Source of the DNA: Trichinella spiralis
Lineage: Eukaryota
DNA: 36,356 nucleotides
Assembly (NCBI RefSeq): GCF_000181795.1
Contig: NW_003526941.1
Coordinates: forward strand, 8,951,094 to 8,987,449
Reading direction: 5' to 3'
The notes beneath the pieces are model-generated. The model was given only the letters and a program-made list of their open reading frames with translations. It was not told the origin of the DNA and searched no databases. Shown here piece after piece: positions 11,639 to 31,080 of this stretch (its first letter is position 1; every line of letters starts with the position of its first letter). Made by a program: the position numbers and the translations under genes.

Positions 11639-12868
11639 CTTTTCTCTCCGGTGTTCTCTTTTTTCTCTTTTATCCTTTACTGAATTTTTCGTGCATTGCG
11701 TAATTTTATTCATTATTCATTAAATTATTCTTTTCCTATCGATGAACGTTCTTGTACAATGATATATTTATTTCTTGAATTTCAAGAATTTCAGTAATAC
11801 CTCATGCTAAGTAAGCTAAGTAGTAAGTAATATGTAATGTGTTTTATACTTTTACAAAATTTTCAGTTGCCATGGATGAGTATGATGTGTGTGCGTACGT
11901 GTTTGTGTGTGTGGTGGGTATGTATGTATTTGTGAATTTTTGATTTTGATGTTTTGAACACAATAACAAACGTTGAACATTATTTACTTTAGATGTAAAT
12001 TCATAATCAATAAATAAATCACTTGTGATTAACAAAATGCACAGATTAACAAGCCATGAATCGCTATCAGCATTCATGCATAGCTAATGAAATAAATTAT
12101 TGCCTAAAAGCATCTTTCTTTTTCATATATGGGCAATTGAAACCGCTTGTACTTTTTGAAATGATTCACGTTCGCCATGTCGCTTCATGATATAATTTAA
12201 TTCATTTTTGCATAAATTCACTTTTTATTTCTTTGCTTATCCTTATCCAAAAAACATTATTTTTATTATATTGATTCATGCAAACATTTTTACGTTTTTT
12301 GCGAATTGTATGTAAAAAGAAAGCATTTTACGGTTTTATTTATGAATTTACTGTAATTTGTTTAATTGTTAGTTGATATTTTTTGCTCAGCATCAGGAGA
12401 AGTTTCTTAATGCTAATCAATTTGTTTGATAAATTAATTACTCAATTATTGTTCTTATTGAAAAGAAAAGCAAATTTTAATTGTGATCTATTTGTTTTTG
12501 TTTCAATTGATTAATGTCGTTTATATTATTACAGAGTTATTATATTTCTTCACATTTGCAGTCGATTATTCATTTTTTGTACGAACGTTGTACGAATACT
12601 GCTATTATTTTTCTTCAGAAACGTCACTGGCTAAAAATTTCCTACTTGAGATTTATTTGAATTAAAATTGATCCAACTGAAATGTATAATAGAGATCATG
12701 TTTAATTTTTAAATATTCCAGTAGACTGTATTACGCTTTGTCTGTACCGCTGCGGACTTTCAACCTGAAAGTCATCGTTAATACCGTACGCCAACGCCAT
12801 TGACAAATACGCATTGACAAGTGTGCACAGGATCAAGACGCCTCAATTCTGTGCAATGTATTGATGGT

Positions 12869-15800
12869 ATGAGGCGTAAACGGAATTATAGCTATGTACT
12901 GGTAATTATATTGGCCGTTTTGGTCATTTTGGAACCGATAAATGGGCGTGATAGCATCTATGCCCCAGGTAAATAAATGATTGTGGAAACGATAATCCAG
13001 ATTTTGCGATAATTTGTTATTTGCTTGTTTGTTTGTTTGTTTGTTTGTTTGTTCACGTCATAGTTTGACAACAGGAAATGTTTGAAGTAGCATAATGATG
13101 ATTTGTACCTTTTTATTTGACCTTCCACGTTTCATCACGCTAACATTTAGTGTTCATTACACAATATTGGTGGTTTTTTCAAAAAATTTATTTATTTGAA
13201 AAAAAAACTTTTCAATTTAGGTTCAAGTGGTGGGAGGTTTGAACTTGATGCCAGTGAGTTGCTGGCTGAAGAGATCTTGGAACGTTTGAATGGCGATGTT
13301 GACCAACAATACATATCTCCTACCGGTGAGTTGATTTCTATTTGTTTGCTTATTAGCATATTTAACGTTAATTGGTCAAATTCGTAAATCCTTCGGCCAC
13401 TTCCCGGTTTCTTGTCTGATCGAATCATATTTCTCAAGCAAATCTCAATTTCGATACGTTTAATTGAATGTTGATCTTTTTCCAAATGCAAACTTATTTG
13501 CACAAATTACGCAATTATTTTATTAATCTCCAGGACAGGAGGAGGAGGTCTGAGATGTTTGTTGTTTTGTTTTGTTTTGTTTTTTCTTCAATGTATATGA
13601 TGCGTTGAATGCAATTGAATGATAATCATTTGCTAACTGGCCATAATTTTGATTAAATTTTAATTTTCCATTCGATGGGCAAGGTTTGAATTTGTATATT
13701 AGCGCCTAGTGATTAATGAGTTTAGTCGTAATCATTGCACTTTTGTCAACAGCGGGAAACACGCCACTAATTAAGCATTCACTAGTTTACCAGTTCAAGG
13801 CTAATAAATATAAGCAGCAATCAATCAGCAAGTGTACATATATATATATATGTTATAGTTGATTTAAAAAAAGGGGTTTCTGTTATTTGGATAATATATT
13901 TGTTATAAGTGAACAAACAGCATGCAAACAATATAAACAGTTTAAAAGTGTATTTCCATTCTTTCGTTCGGTTTCCACGTTCAGAAATGTTCATCGTTTT
14001 GAATCAATAAATTTCGCGCATAGAAGAAAGAATCGCTATTGCTGTTCATTTGTGCTTGCCGAAGCGTATTTATTCCACATAAAGTTATCGACTGCACTTG
14101 CGAGATGTTGACGGTGACAAGCGCGTTGAGTCGATTTGCCCGGTGGCAACGTGCATCTGAATGTGGGGAAAAAACCAAAAGCAGACGCATAAACTACCTG
14201 TAGATAGATTTATCTGACAAGAGCGGACAAGGGGGACTCTTCACACATGTACAGTGAAATGCAGAATGTGGTGGAATCAATAAAACAGCAACAATGCATA
14301 ATAATTTTGCGATTGGTCAGCGGAATGATTGAATAATATTATTCTCTTATTGTATGACGTAACATCTGTGGTGAATTTTAATATTCATCGATCTATTATT
14401 TGTCGGCATGGTCAATTTTCTTAATTTTTCCTAAATCCTAGCTTGAAAAAAACCGGAATACAGTAGCTCAATTTGCAATTATCAGCTTATTATTGGGATT
14501 TGGTTTTCAGCTCGTTTTTTAACACAACTATAGAAAATGAATTATTTGCTCAAAAAAAGTAATAATTCGATCAAAATGCATCAAAAGTGAGTTAACTGTT
14601 TTGGAAAATTGGACACCAATGTAAAGAAGCAAAAAATCAATGCCAAGAAAAGATTATGTTTTACGCAAGAAGCATTTATTTTCTTGTCAACTGTTTTCAA
14701 GCATTTTATTATTATAATAATCATTTTTGATTTTCCAGTGATTTGCTTGTTGAAGGCAGCCAGCCGTATTGAGTGATGATGTCCATTTTTCAGTAGAATT
14801 CATTAATCAAGATCGCTTTCACAAAAGTGTTTACAAGGAAGAGTTTCATTTCAAAGTGAATTAGCATCAGCTTGTGGGCAGAGCGCATTTCTGTATTCAG
14901 GGGATTTTCAGTTGTTGTTTCTCACCGGAGAGTTAGTTGGCCTGCCTGTTCGATTAATCGATTTATGTGTGCATCATCTTCAACTTCTCCTCCTTCTCCT
15001 TCTTCTACTTCTTCTTCTTATTATTAATTATTCTCGCATATGCCAACAACGGCAGCAGTTAGTTAGTTATTGATTGAAAATTGTTCATATTTTTATTTCA
15101 TCGTATCATCTTACTGCTGATGCTCTTCAGCACTTTGAGAAATTTTTAATAATCGTGCTTATCTGTTATAAGATTGATAATGGTGAACAATGTTCTTTTA
15201 TCTTCTTTTTTTCAAATTTCTTCATAATGAATGCAAGATGTTTGTTTGAGTTGAAGCTTCCAGAAGATTGTCCCAGAAATAAATAGCAGTTTCATTTATT
15301 GATCAACTCTAGCAAGAACTTGCACACAATGAGCAATTTTAATAATCCCACCGAACAAAACAGAAGCACATGCTGAACACATTTGGAATGTTATTCATTT
15401 AAATTTCAAGTTCAAAATTAAAATTTACTTTTTAACAAAAATGAATAAGATGACAATTATTTTCAACAATCGAAAAATGGTTCACATTCATTTTCAGTTT
15501 TAATGAAAATATTTTCTTTCAATTATCATAAATTTCCCAGTGCAGTTTTATCTCTATTTATTCAACAATACTCATTTGGTATGTTTGCGTATAATTTTCA
15601 CGCATCTAATTTAAATATTATTAATTCTTCTTTTGTTCATCCCTTTTTTATTCCTATTTACTCTACGAAATGCTCCAATCTTTTTTTGTTATTTTCTCTT
15701 TACGTAATATAGAAATGCAATTTAAAAATACAAATATTATGCAAACGACGACGACGATATCAGACTTTTCACGCAATAACGATGCAATTGCATCATTGAT

Positions 15801-18595
15801 AAAAAAATTTTTTTTCTAATTTTTATTTTTATTTTATCCATTCAACAATATTTTACACTTTGTTTATTAAATGCATTTTATTGATGAATTATTTTTACTT
15901 TGGCAAATAGAAAAATGCTGATGCATGATGAAATATGTGAATTGTATGTGAATGTGGGTGTTTTCAATTAAAAATCATCATTTCAATTTCATCATTATCA
16001 TTTTTCATATATAATTGTTGTATATTGAATTTTCAAAAGAAAATTTATTTACTACACAATAATTTCAAGCTGTAGTTGATGCGTAATTAAGTTTTATTGT
16101 CATTGCTGAAAATGGAATGATAAAGTTGAATAAGAAATTTTGAACGTGCTTTATACTGCTGCATAATTGAATGCATTTTACAATAATACAATGTTTTTAC
16201 GTTTTATTATTTAATAATTATTTTTCAAAAATTGATGCAATATAATGTTCACGTTGTTTGAGGATATGAATTTTTTTTTTCAAAAGATAATTGGTTTCAT
16301 TGCATTTCTGCTCGTTATTAAGTCACTTGGACATGTAATTACTTTATTTGTTTTGTGGAAGAAATTTTCGAAAATTGTGACTATTTTCATTTCATTACAT
16401 TTTTTTCAAACTTAATGAATGTTTTTCAGTCTACATTTTTCCTGCTTTAATTATTGATTCAGTGATTCTGTTTTATAATTTGCTAAACTCGATAAAGTTA
16501 GCCAGCTATTGGTGAAATGCACACGAATATTAATGATTTTTTTCTTTTTTATCAAATCAGATTGTAAACTATATATTTTTATCTTCAATGACATTATACT
16601 ATTAACTTTTGTAATAGCGAATTTTATATGTAACAGCGGTGATAAATTTTTTTTATATATTTGGAATGATCTTAATTGTTACTGATTCAATTTATTGTTG
16701 TTTAACATTAATTTTGTAACAAATTAATGGAAATTTTCATATTCAAATTCAATTCAGTCGTACCATGTGAAGCGTGCAATAATGCAATTGACGTATGGGC
16801 ATTTTCAAAGTGGAGATGTATTCATCGTTTGTGTTTGCATAGAAATATATTAATTGCACAAATTGCTATTAAATTTCACTAACAGCTAGCGTTATGGCTA
16901 ATTTTTAGATTGATCAACTAAACACACACACACAGAATAAACAACGTAAAAGAAAAATATAAGCATATTTTGTATGAATAGTTTCTCTTGGATAAATCTT
17001 GATGCTGTGAAGTTCAACTACTGTGAGGCAAATTGAATAAAGAAGTTATTATGGAACTGTTAAGTTAAATAATAGACAATTTCATATATTCAATCATTCA
17101 GAAGGTTGATTGTATTATGTGTATAAATACGTCGTCGTTATGACGTTGTAGATGAACTGTTTACAATAGATGGGTGATCAACAAAAGATCACAGTATTCT
17201 TCAGTTGACGTTTCAGTCATGCAGATAGCACAGTTTGTACAGTAATAAGCTTTGCAAGATTTTCCCTTTTCACCGTATTTGCACTGCTTTGTGGGTTTGA
17301 TAATTTTGCCAATTCACGTACAATTCAGGTAAGTGGAGAAAAAAATTTTCTCTCTTTTTACAAAATTATCATATTTATGCTCTGATCGAAGAAAAAAAAA
17401 CAACATAATAATAAATTACTTTTGTCAAAGCAGAAATCGAAGAAAAAGAAGCAACAACAGCAACAATAGCAAGCAATGTTGACGAAATAGGCGATTTGAA
17501 AGAAGACGACGCTTTATACATTGATTCATCTTCTTTGGACAAGAACAAGCTTGATCCGTACAATCTTGTCAACATCGACCGAGGTCAGAGTGGATATATA
17601 AATTTTCAAAATCCCGAAGTGGTTACATCGTCGTTGAGAATAGCTCCTACTGCCGTCAGAGAATCCGTACTTCCAGCGCAGAGAATTACGAATCGTAAAG
17701 GGCAACAAGAGTTTGATACGTTCGTCAATCCACCGTCATCGTACAGGAAGAAGGAAGTCGACCGTAACGTCATGGAACCGATGCCTCAGCTGGTGGACAA
17801 GCCAAAATCCGTTGCCGGTGTTGATATCAGTGATACGGTGTTTTATTGTAAGCTATTTGCAATTGTCGACATTTGCACACTTGCATTGTTCTCTTTTTAT
17901 TCTGTGTTTGCATATTTTTAGCAACAGCAGCAGTATGTTCCGTGGCCGCTGTCACGGGCTTAATATTTGCGGTTTATTCCTATATACGGTGAGAGATTGT
18001 GATTTGTTTGTCTGTTTGTTTGTTTGTTTGTTTGTTTGTTTGTTCCACTGATGATTTATTGTGAGTATGAATGTTGTGCTTTTCAGTCTGCGAAAACAAT
18101 ACAAAGAGTCGCAGTTCAATGAATTTCCTCAATTGAACGGCAACGGTTCGAAAAAGATCCACAGCCCGAACAGTGTCGCGGCTATGGATTCCAAGCTGGC
18201 CTCAGCTGCCCAGTTGTATCATTTTCAACACACCAAGCAGCAGATCATTTCAATGGAACAGTAAGTGGATATTGCATTTTTTTTCCTGTTTCATTTATGC
18301 TGCTAAATTCAACCCATTTTACCCTCAGCCCGTCCTGCGATGTCAAAGAGGTAATTTCTGACGATTCAGAAGTCGAAGAAGACGAAGGTGATTATTCGGT
18401 TTATGAATGTCCCGGTTTGGCTCCAGTAATTTTTCATTTTTTATTTATTTTTATAATTGTTATTGTGCTTTTGATTTGCTCTCATTTCAGACGGGAAATA
18501 TGGAAATTAACAATCCTTTATTCATAAAAAACGGTGGTGATGTTGACAGTAACTGTAAAGAAGCTGTCGAAACAAACGGTCAAGCGGTCGAATGA
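12869..18595 (+). CDS. NPDC1: NPDC1 / CAB-1 family type I membrane protein (neural proliferation differentiation and control 1-like), 7 exons, ~354 aa
   Basis: Exons: 12869-12968 (signal peptide MRRKRNYSYVLVIILAVLVILEPING), 13221-13325, 17431(or 17434)-17847, 17922-17988 (TM STAAVCSVAAVTGLIFAVYSYIR), 18087-18260, 18329-18425, 18491-18595. Family signature: DSKLASAAQLYHFQHTKQQIISME...DYSVYECPGLAPTGNMEINNPLF. Linking the first two exons across the 4.1-kb intron is inferred from phase-1 compatibility and the need for a signal peptide. Confidence 0.85.
13026..13053. repeat. (TTTG)n intronic microsatellite; a similar tract lies at ~18002-18043
   Basis: Tandem gttt units read directly. Confidence 0.85.
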
Positions 18596-21228
18596 GCTTC
18601 ATGTGGAGAAAGATTTTGAATTTTTTTACTTCAGCAATAGAGCATTAAAATATATTTCTTTCAATTTTGCGTTCTCTCTCTCTCTCTTTCTTTCTGTTTT
18701 GTGTTTTCATTTTAAGCTAATTTCTGTTTTGCTCTACCGGTTACATCATTAGCGAACAGCTTTGATTCCAGTTGTATCCCACGGCAGGTATGCACAATAA
18801 TGGATCAATCGGTTTTTTCCATTATTTATTCTTCGTCAAAGAAAAGCTTGCTTCTACGAGCTGTTCATAATTTCATTTTAAAATCTTTTCTTTCTTTTCC
18901 TCTATCCTTTTTAATATTTATTTAAAGTGCACTGCTAAAAGTGATTTATAACTTTACACAACTGGTGTGAAATGGGACGCATTTCTTCTCTCGCTTTCTC
19001 AGCTTTTCGGCATTGCAGTAAAAATTGAACTGTTCAATCAGAATTATGTATTTCCGGCATGCCAAATACCCCCAAAAAAATAGGCTTTTGAAAGTGGAAA
19101 TATCACGGCAGTGTACAGTCAGCAGAAATTAGCATTTTTCTGATTATAAATGCGGAATTTGGTTTTACTAGTTTTTGCGGATGAATTCAGTTCTTTTTCA
19201 ATCTCTATCAGCTATCAATGCTGGACTAATTAATGTGTAGACTAGGATTTCATTTAACCGTTTTTTTTCTTTTGTTGTAATTATTATTCAAATTTTCTAT
19301 TGCACTGCGTTAACATGTCCACCAGATGGCGACAAAGAAATTCAGTCCATCCATTGGGTTGGCATTGTTTGACTTAAGTCGGATAGACTGAATCAAGCCT
19401 GGTCTTTGTTGAAAATTTTTCCCTCGAGAAAAAAATGCTACAAGCCAGCATCGATTGCACATTGTATTGTCAGTGGAAGAAAAGGAAAATTCAGAAAAAA
19501 AATATCCTCCACTGCGCAATTTGGCAATTTCGAAGCAAAAATTTTCACTTCCTGTTTGCTCATTGTTCCTTGAAAGCGTTGCTGTATAGTTGTGCTTTTT
19601 TTTCTTCAAATTTTATTCAAAATTTCCTCATTCCTTTTTGTCCAAATCATTATCTGGACATTATTTTTAATGTTGTTTATTTACTTTTAAGAAAAAAATT
19701 GTAATCACCAAATCTATTATGAATCACTTCCAAATATCAACCGGTTGAGTAAAAATGAACACCATAACCTAAGAGGCAGACTTCTTGTGCGAAGAAAAAT
19801 TGTCTCAGTTGTCAAGCTTATCGTTGAATAATAACGTAAAATCTCCAAATAGTCTAAGCAAACAAAAGATGTAAAAGAATGAATGATAAAAGGCAAAATT
19901 TTATGCTGCAAATAAATTTATTACTGTACCATTATTATTAAACTTGAACATCATTTTAATGGTCTACAAAAATTATGTTATGAGAACTGTGCATGCTTGT
20001 TTGTTTGTTTTTGTGTCTTTGTTTGATAGTTGTTTCTTTCGTACGGTTTTTAATTAATTTCAACCCTATTCTTTGCATTGTATTCTATTCTATTCTATTC
20101 TATTGTATTTTACCCCAATGCATTTGGCTAGAAGAATTTCAACGTTATTTTTCAGGAATTGTTCATTTATTTGTTATTAGTAGATATTTTTATTTTTCAT
20201 TTTACTGAGTTTTTCAAAAACGTTGCTCAGTTTGGGTTAGTTGCTATTGTTTGCAGTTGGTACATAAAGTAAAAATGGGACAGTGAGATTTTTTGATAAC
20301 TTTGCTTCGATTTTTTTTTCTAAATTAATAAATATCCATCTCTTTCATATGAGAATGTATGTATTTGAAGTTTGGAATGTATTTTTTTCAATGTTGAAAA
20401 CAGTACATTTAGATTTTTGCTTTCACCAATAACAGTGATTATGAGTGCAAATTTTTTTAACATTTGGCAACGTTGCACTAGGCAGAATTGGATAAATCGA
20501 ATTATTAATTATTTGTTTACTTATTTCGTTACAACTATTCTACTTTGATCGATAATATCAGAGTGGAATTTAATTTTATATTGCATTTGGCAAATCAATT
20601 TTGGCAAAGAAGTTTCCATTTTTATAAAACCAAACCACCTGAAAGATTGGAATGGAAAAAATGAAAAATATGTATTCGAATTGATAATGCATCGGCTTTG
20701 TACGTGCATGTATTTATATCGTGCAGTTGTTTTCATTCATACCATTAGGAAAAGTGGAAATGAAAAATTGGTTTTCAAAAGTGATAATAATGATCATTTT
20801 CAGTGAATAAATAAGTATTCCACGTCTACAGCTCAACAAGTATGCAGTTTTGTCGTAATTGTTTGAATTTTCCATTTCAGAACTGTACAAGTAAATGTAA
20901 AAATATATACGAAATATAAATTGATGATTGCGACATCACATTTTTATTTTAATACCTGAAAGTCAAAAATTAGAACATAATTAAGGTACTACAGTATGTT
21001 AGTTTAGAGGTTGTTGTTGTGTTGTTGCCGTTGTTGTTGTTGTGACTGACGAATGATTTGGAATTTAATTTGAATCCCAAATGAATTGCTAGAATTTTTA
21101 TCCGTTATTCAGACGTTGATTAAAATTCTCCCATTGTTTCAAGGTTGCAAAGCAGCGCGTGCGCATCAGACGATGGTTGGCGATTAAGAGAGATGTTGGA
21201 CGGTCGAGTTGAACGTCGCCAGTGTTGA

Positions 21229-27579
<6,351 letters not shown>

Positions 27580-28147
27580 AGAAAATAATATTTGAAGGCG
27601 AGCAGAGCACAATTCAGGACGAACTTTTTCACCGGTGGTATATGCAACTGAGAAGACACACAACAACTGATGGAAAGTAATTGGAAAATGTTTTTCTTTT
27701 CTTATCCGGTGAACATGAAATTTTTTTGCAGTTGAAAAGTTGGCTTTTTCTTTTTAATTTTGTGAATTTGTTGCCACGTTCTCTTCTCTTATAATTTCAG
27801 TTTTCTGGAGAGAAGAGGATATGCATTTTATTTATTCTTATTCTTATTATTATTAAGCTTGTCGTTTTTTTATCAGTGATTTTTTGAATAAATTTACGAG
27901 AACAACAACAGCAACAACGTTCGTTGTTGGCATGAAAATTATGCGGCGAATTTTCTGACAAGAAAAATGAATATGAAAAGAAAAACGCGAGATATTTGAG
28001 GTAAAATTTTTTAATTATTAATCTTTTTTTTTCAATTCAGGAAAATGGCGCTTAAGAGAGATGGGATGGAAAGAAAAAGAGTTGTTGACAGATTTTAAAC
28101 ATATTTTCCTTTTCTTCGTGTTATTTATTTATTATTTGTGTTGTATT

Positions 28148-29121
28148 TCATGGTTGTTCTTTGTCTTGTTGAAGAAGGTAATCCGTGAAATCTGAAATAT
28201 TGAAAAATCACTAGTAAGTAGTAGTTCACTTTGAAATGTGAAGTGTGTACAGTAACAAAACAGCAACCAACCGTGTAAACTTATACGGTTATTGTTGTCG
28301 TTGGCTTTGTTCAGCAGAGAAATTATTTGTTTAAAGTTGACTTCGGTATTCTCTTCGTCGTCCGGAAATATACTCTTGCATACGTTGGCAATGTCAGATT
28401 CGGTTACGAAACCATCCGCGTCCGAGTCGAATATCTGACCAATTCAATAAATAATATTCAACTGTTACTTACAGTAAGTGGAGGTATTTTTTTAAAAAAA
28501 ATATTCCATATTTTTACTTTGAAAATGGCCAGATTTTCGGATTCTAAGTAGCTGGGTGTCATTTTTTGCGTCAGCAGTTCAACGAATTCAACAAAATCAA
28601 TCCCATCCGTCGCATCTGAATGGAAAATATTCATTTATTTTTCCTCTATTTTATTTTATACATTCAGAAAACAAAGTGTGAAACAGAAATTATAAAAATT
28701 AAAACTCTCCAGTGGAGACAGACCATCATTTTTTTCAGATATTTCGGCTATTAATTTTTCCAGTTCGTCACGTTCTACCGGCACATTCAACGCGTCATAC
28801 CTTCGTTGGATATCTTCAACACGCAAAAAAATATTGTCGCCATCGGCGTGCTCTTTTGTCATGCTAATATACAACTGCTGGTATAGTTCCACTTCAGTCC
28901 TGGTGCAGTGAAAAGTATCTGCCTGGGAAAAAATGGGATCAGTCAGTGGTGGGATGTTGTGGAATTTGTTGTCTCGATTTTCAAACCCCTCCTGTCAAAG
29001 TGCTTACTAGTAGAACGTTCAACGAGACTTGCTCGCTTCCTGCATAGTCCAAGCCGAGCGCAGTTTTCGACGTTTGTTTCAAATGTGCCGATGAAATTGA
29101 TTCTGAGCGTTTTTTAGCCAT
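28148..29121 (-). CDS. Calmodulin/centrin-like EF-hand protein, 5 exons, ~205 aa
   Basis: Exons 29121-29008, 28922-28724, 28615-28518, 28434-28272, 28191-28148, phase-consistent GT-AG. Sequence: MAKKRSESIS...ELEKLIAEISEKNDDATDGIDFVEFVELLTQKM...AIFKIFDSDADGFVTESDI...ANDNNNRISLHDFTDYLLQQDKEQP*. Mostly missed by the ORF track. Confidence 0.85.
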
Positions 29122-29959
29122 CGATTTTTTTATTTCGTTCAACTTTTTTCGTTTGATTGGTCAACCGAACCGATCCGTACTTTGTCACACAGCAGCAACA
29201 TGTTTTTTGTTTTTTGGATATGGAGAAAGTTTTTTAAACTTTAAACCTTCCAAACATTAAACAAAAGTCAACTGTTGAACTGTAAACTTTTCCAGGCGCG
29301 TAAAGAACGTGCTTTTATTGCATTTTTCAAATTTAATAGTAAAACTTTATATGTAGTTAATGGTGATCAGCATCAAAACGAACAATGTTTGCTACATTGC
29401 CATCTGCTCTAGCAAATTCTGCACTTATATTTTCTTATTTCGTGAATATCATTTATCTGTCTTTTTTGTACTGCACTTATTTTATTTATGTGTAGTCCTA
29501 TCCGCTATGCTTGTTTACTTTTATTCCAGATTAAAATTTCTGTCGGAATGACAATATCAAAACTGATATAGTTTGTTTTCTTTATTTTTTTCACTTAGGT
29601 AGTAATTACAGTAAAATTATTGTACATTATATATTGACCCTCAGGTATAATTTACATTTCAGATTGAATTTATGGATCGCTTTGTTGATGTTCAGTAGTA
29701 ATTAGAGCAATCTTTATTGTATTTAAATTTAAAAATATTGGTTTGCTTTGCTATTTGAAAAATGAAACATCAGTCGGTTTGCTCAACTGAAATATTAGAC
29801 AATGAAACAGCGGTTCGTTTTCTTGACATGTATGTAATATGTATGCATGTAAGTATACGGTTTTAAATGTGTGAAATTGCTTTATTTATTGAATTCAGAA
29901 TATGCAGAGGTAACTGAAAACAGAATGTCTTCTCATAGGTTCTTTTAATTCTTGCTTCT

Positions 29960-30365
29960 TCTGTGGGGCGTTAACGAAGTTTCATGCAAATTTTTGTGCA
30001 AAGCTTTTCTGTTTGTTTGCTTTGAAACCATACATATTAATAACTTCATTTCATTTGTTCTATGTGAGCAATTCAATGGTATTCAGTAGTGAAGAATTGT
30101 ATAATGGTTGATATTGTAAAGTTGCATCTCAGATATTGCTGTTGGTGTGATTTTAGATAAGTAAGTGGTCCTGCAAATTTTGTTTCCGCAACGTAACGAA
30201 AAACAGGCATAGCACTTGTTGACCATAAATTGCATGCAAATTTTTATTCCAGTGTTATACATTTGTTTTTATGACGTCAATTACAATGGTTGATGGTCAA
30301 TATAGTTAATTTGCGGCTTGTGCAATGGCGTTTTCTCAAAGAATAACAATAAAATTGTCTGCGTC
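29960..30365 (+). repeat. Dispersed non-coding element, copy 1
   Basis: Aligns by eye to 34383-34810, e.g. atattgtaaagttgcatctcagatattgctgttggtgtgattttag vs atattgtgaagttgtaaatcatatattgctgttgttgtgattttag; both share catgcaaatttttattc. Confidence 0.8.
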
Positions 30366-31067
30366 TTTTGCTATTATTATTGAATTATTTCTTGAACTTT
30401 ATCCACATGCATTTCTATAACGTTGAACAGATGAAGACGAGCGGTATGAAAACACATCTATTTCAGTAACTTGCATTTATTTCATTTATTTGGTAATTGA
30501 TTAAACGTACTACCTAAGTTTAATTACGTTAACGACAAACGTATATGGTTGAGATTTGAACTAATATTTTAAAGCTTGCTTTACTTACATATACCGTTGT
30601 TTACTAATGTATCAAATATAAACGTAACTTCAAAATTTCATCATTTCTGAAAACTTTTTTTATTCTTCACCTATTATTTACAACAAGGTAACTGACTGAC
30701 AATTCAGTGCTCGAAATAAAATCCCATTTACTTTTAATCTATTAAATTGTCATTAAGTTATTGCACTTCAAATGAGATACATCAACACCATTCATTCATC
30801 CACTTATAATTAACATAATTCTGTTGAAAAAAAGCACAGCAAAACATACACATACAAAAACACTTTTCTGTGTTATATTATATTATACTGTATTGTATAA
30901 TAACGATAATTTCACAATATTACATTTGATAAATTAATGGCATAGCGCACAACATATCAAGAGCAAGAAAAAAAGCAACTGAAAGCCACGCGAACAAAAA
31001 CGCCAGACAGAAGAATGAAGTAAGAACAACGGCTTTGCAAGTTTGAAGGCGGAACTAGAAATCAGAA

Positions 31068-31080
31068 TTGACCAATCAAA
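31068..31080 (+). promoter_or_regulatory. CCAAT (NF-Y-type) box in the putative SOCS promoter; candidate non-coding first exon ending at 31211
   Basis: TTGACCAATCAAA within a locally GC-richer block. A CAG|GTGATT donor follows at 31212, and a TTTTAAG acceptor lies just upstream of the SOCS ATG. Confidence 0.35.

Noticed and set aside
14050..14170. Possible hairpin or miRNA precursor in the NPDC1 intron
   Set aside because: Only short interrupted complementarities were seen by eye; not supportable without folding and small-RNA data.
29762..29950. Possible small spliced plus-strand gene (MKHQSVCSTEILDNE...)
   Set aside because: No donor/acceptor pairing gives more than a few further codons.
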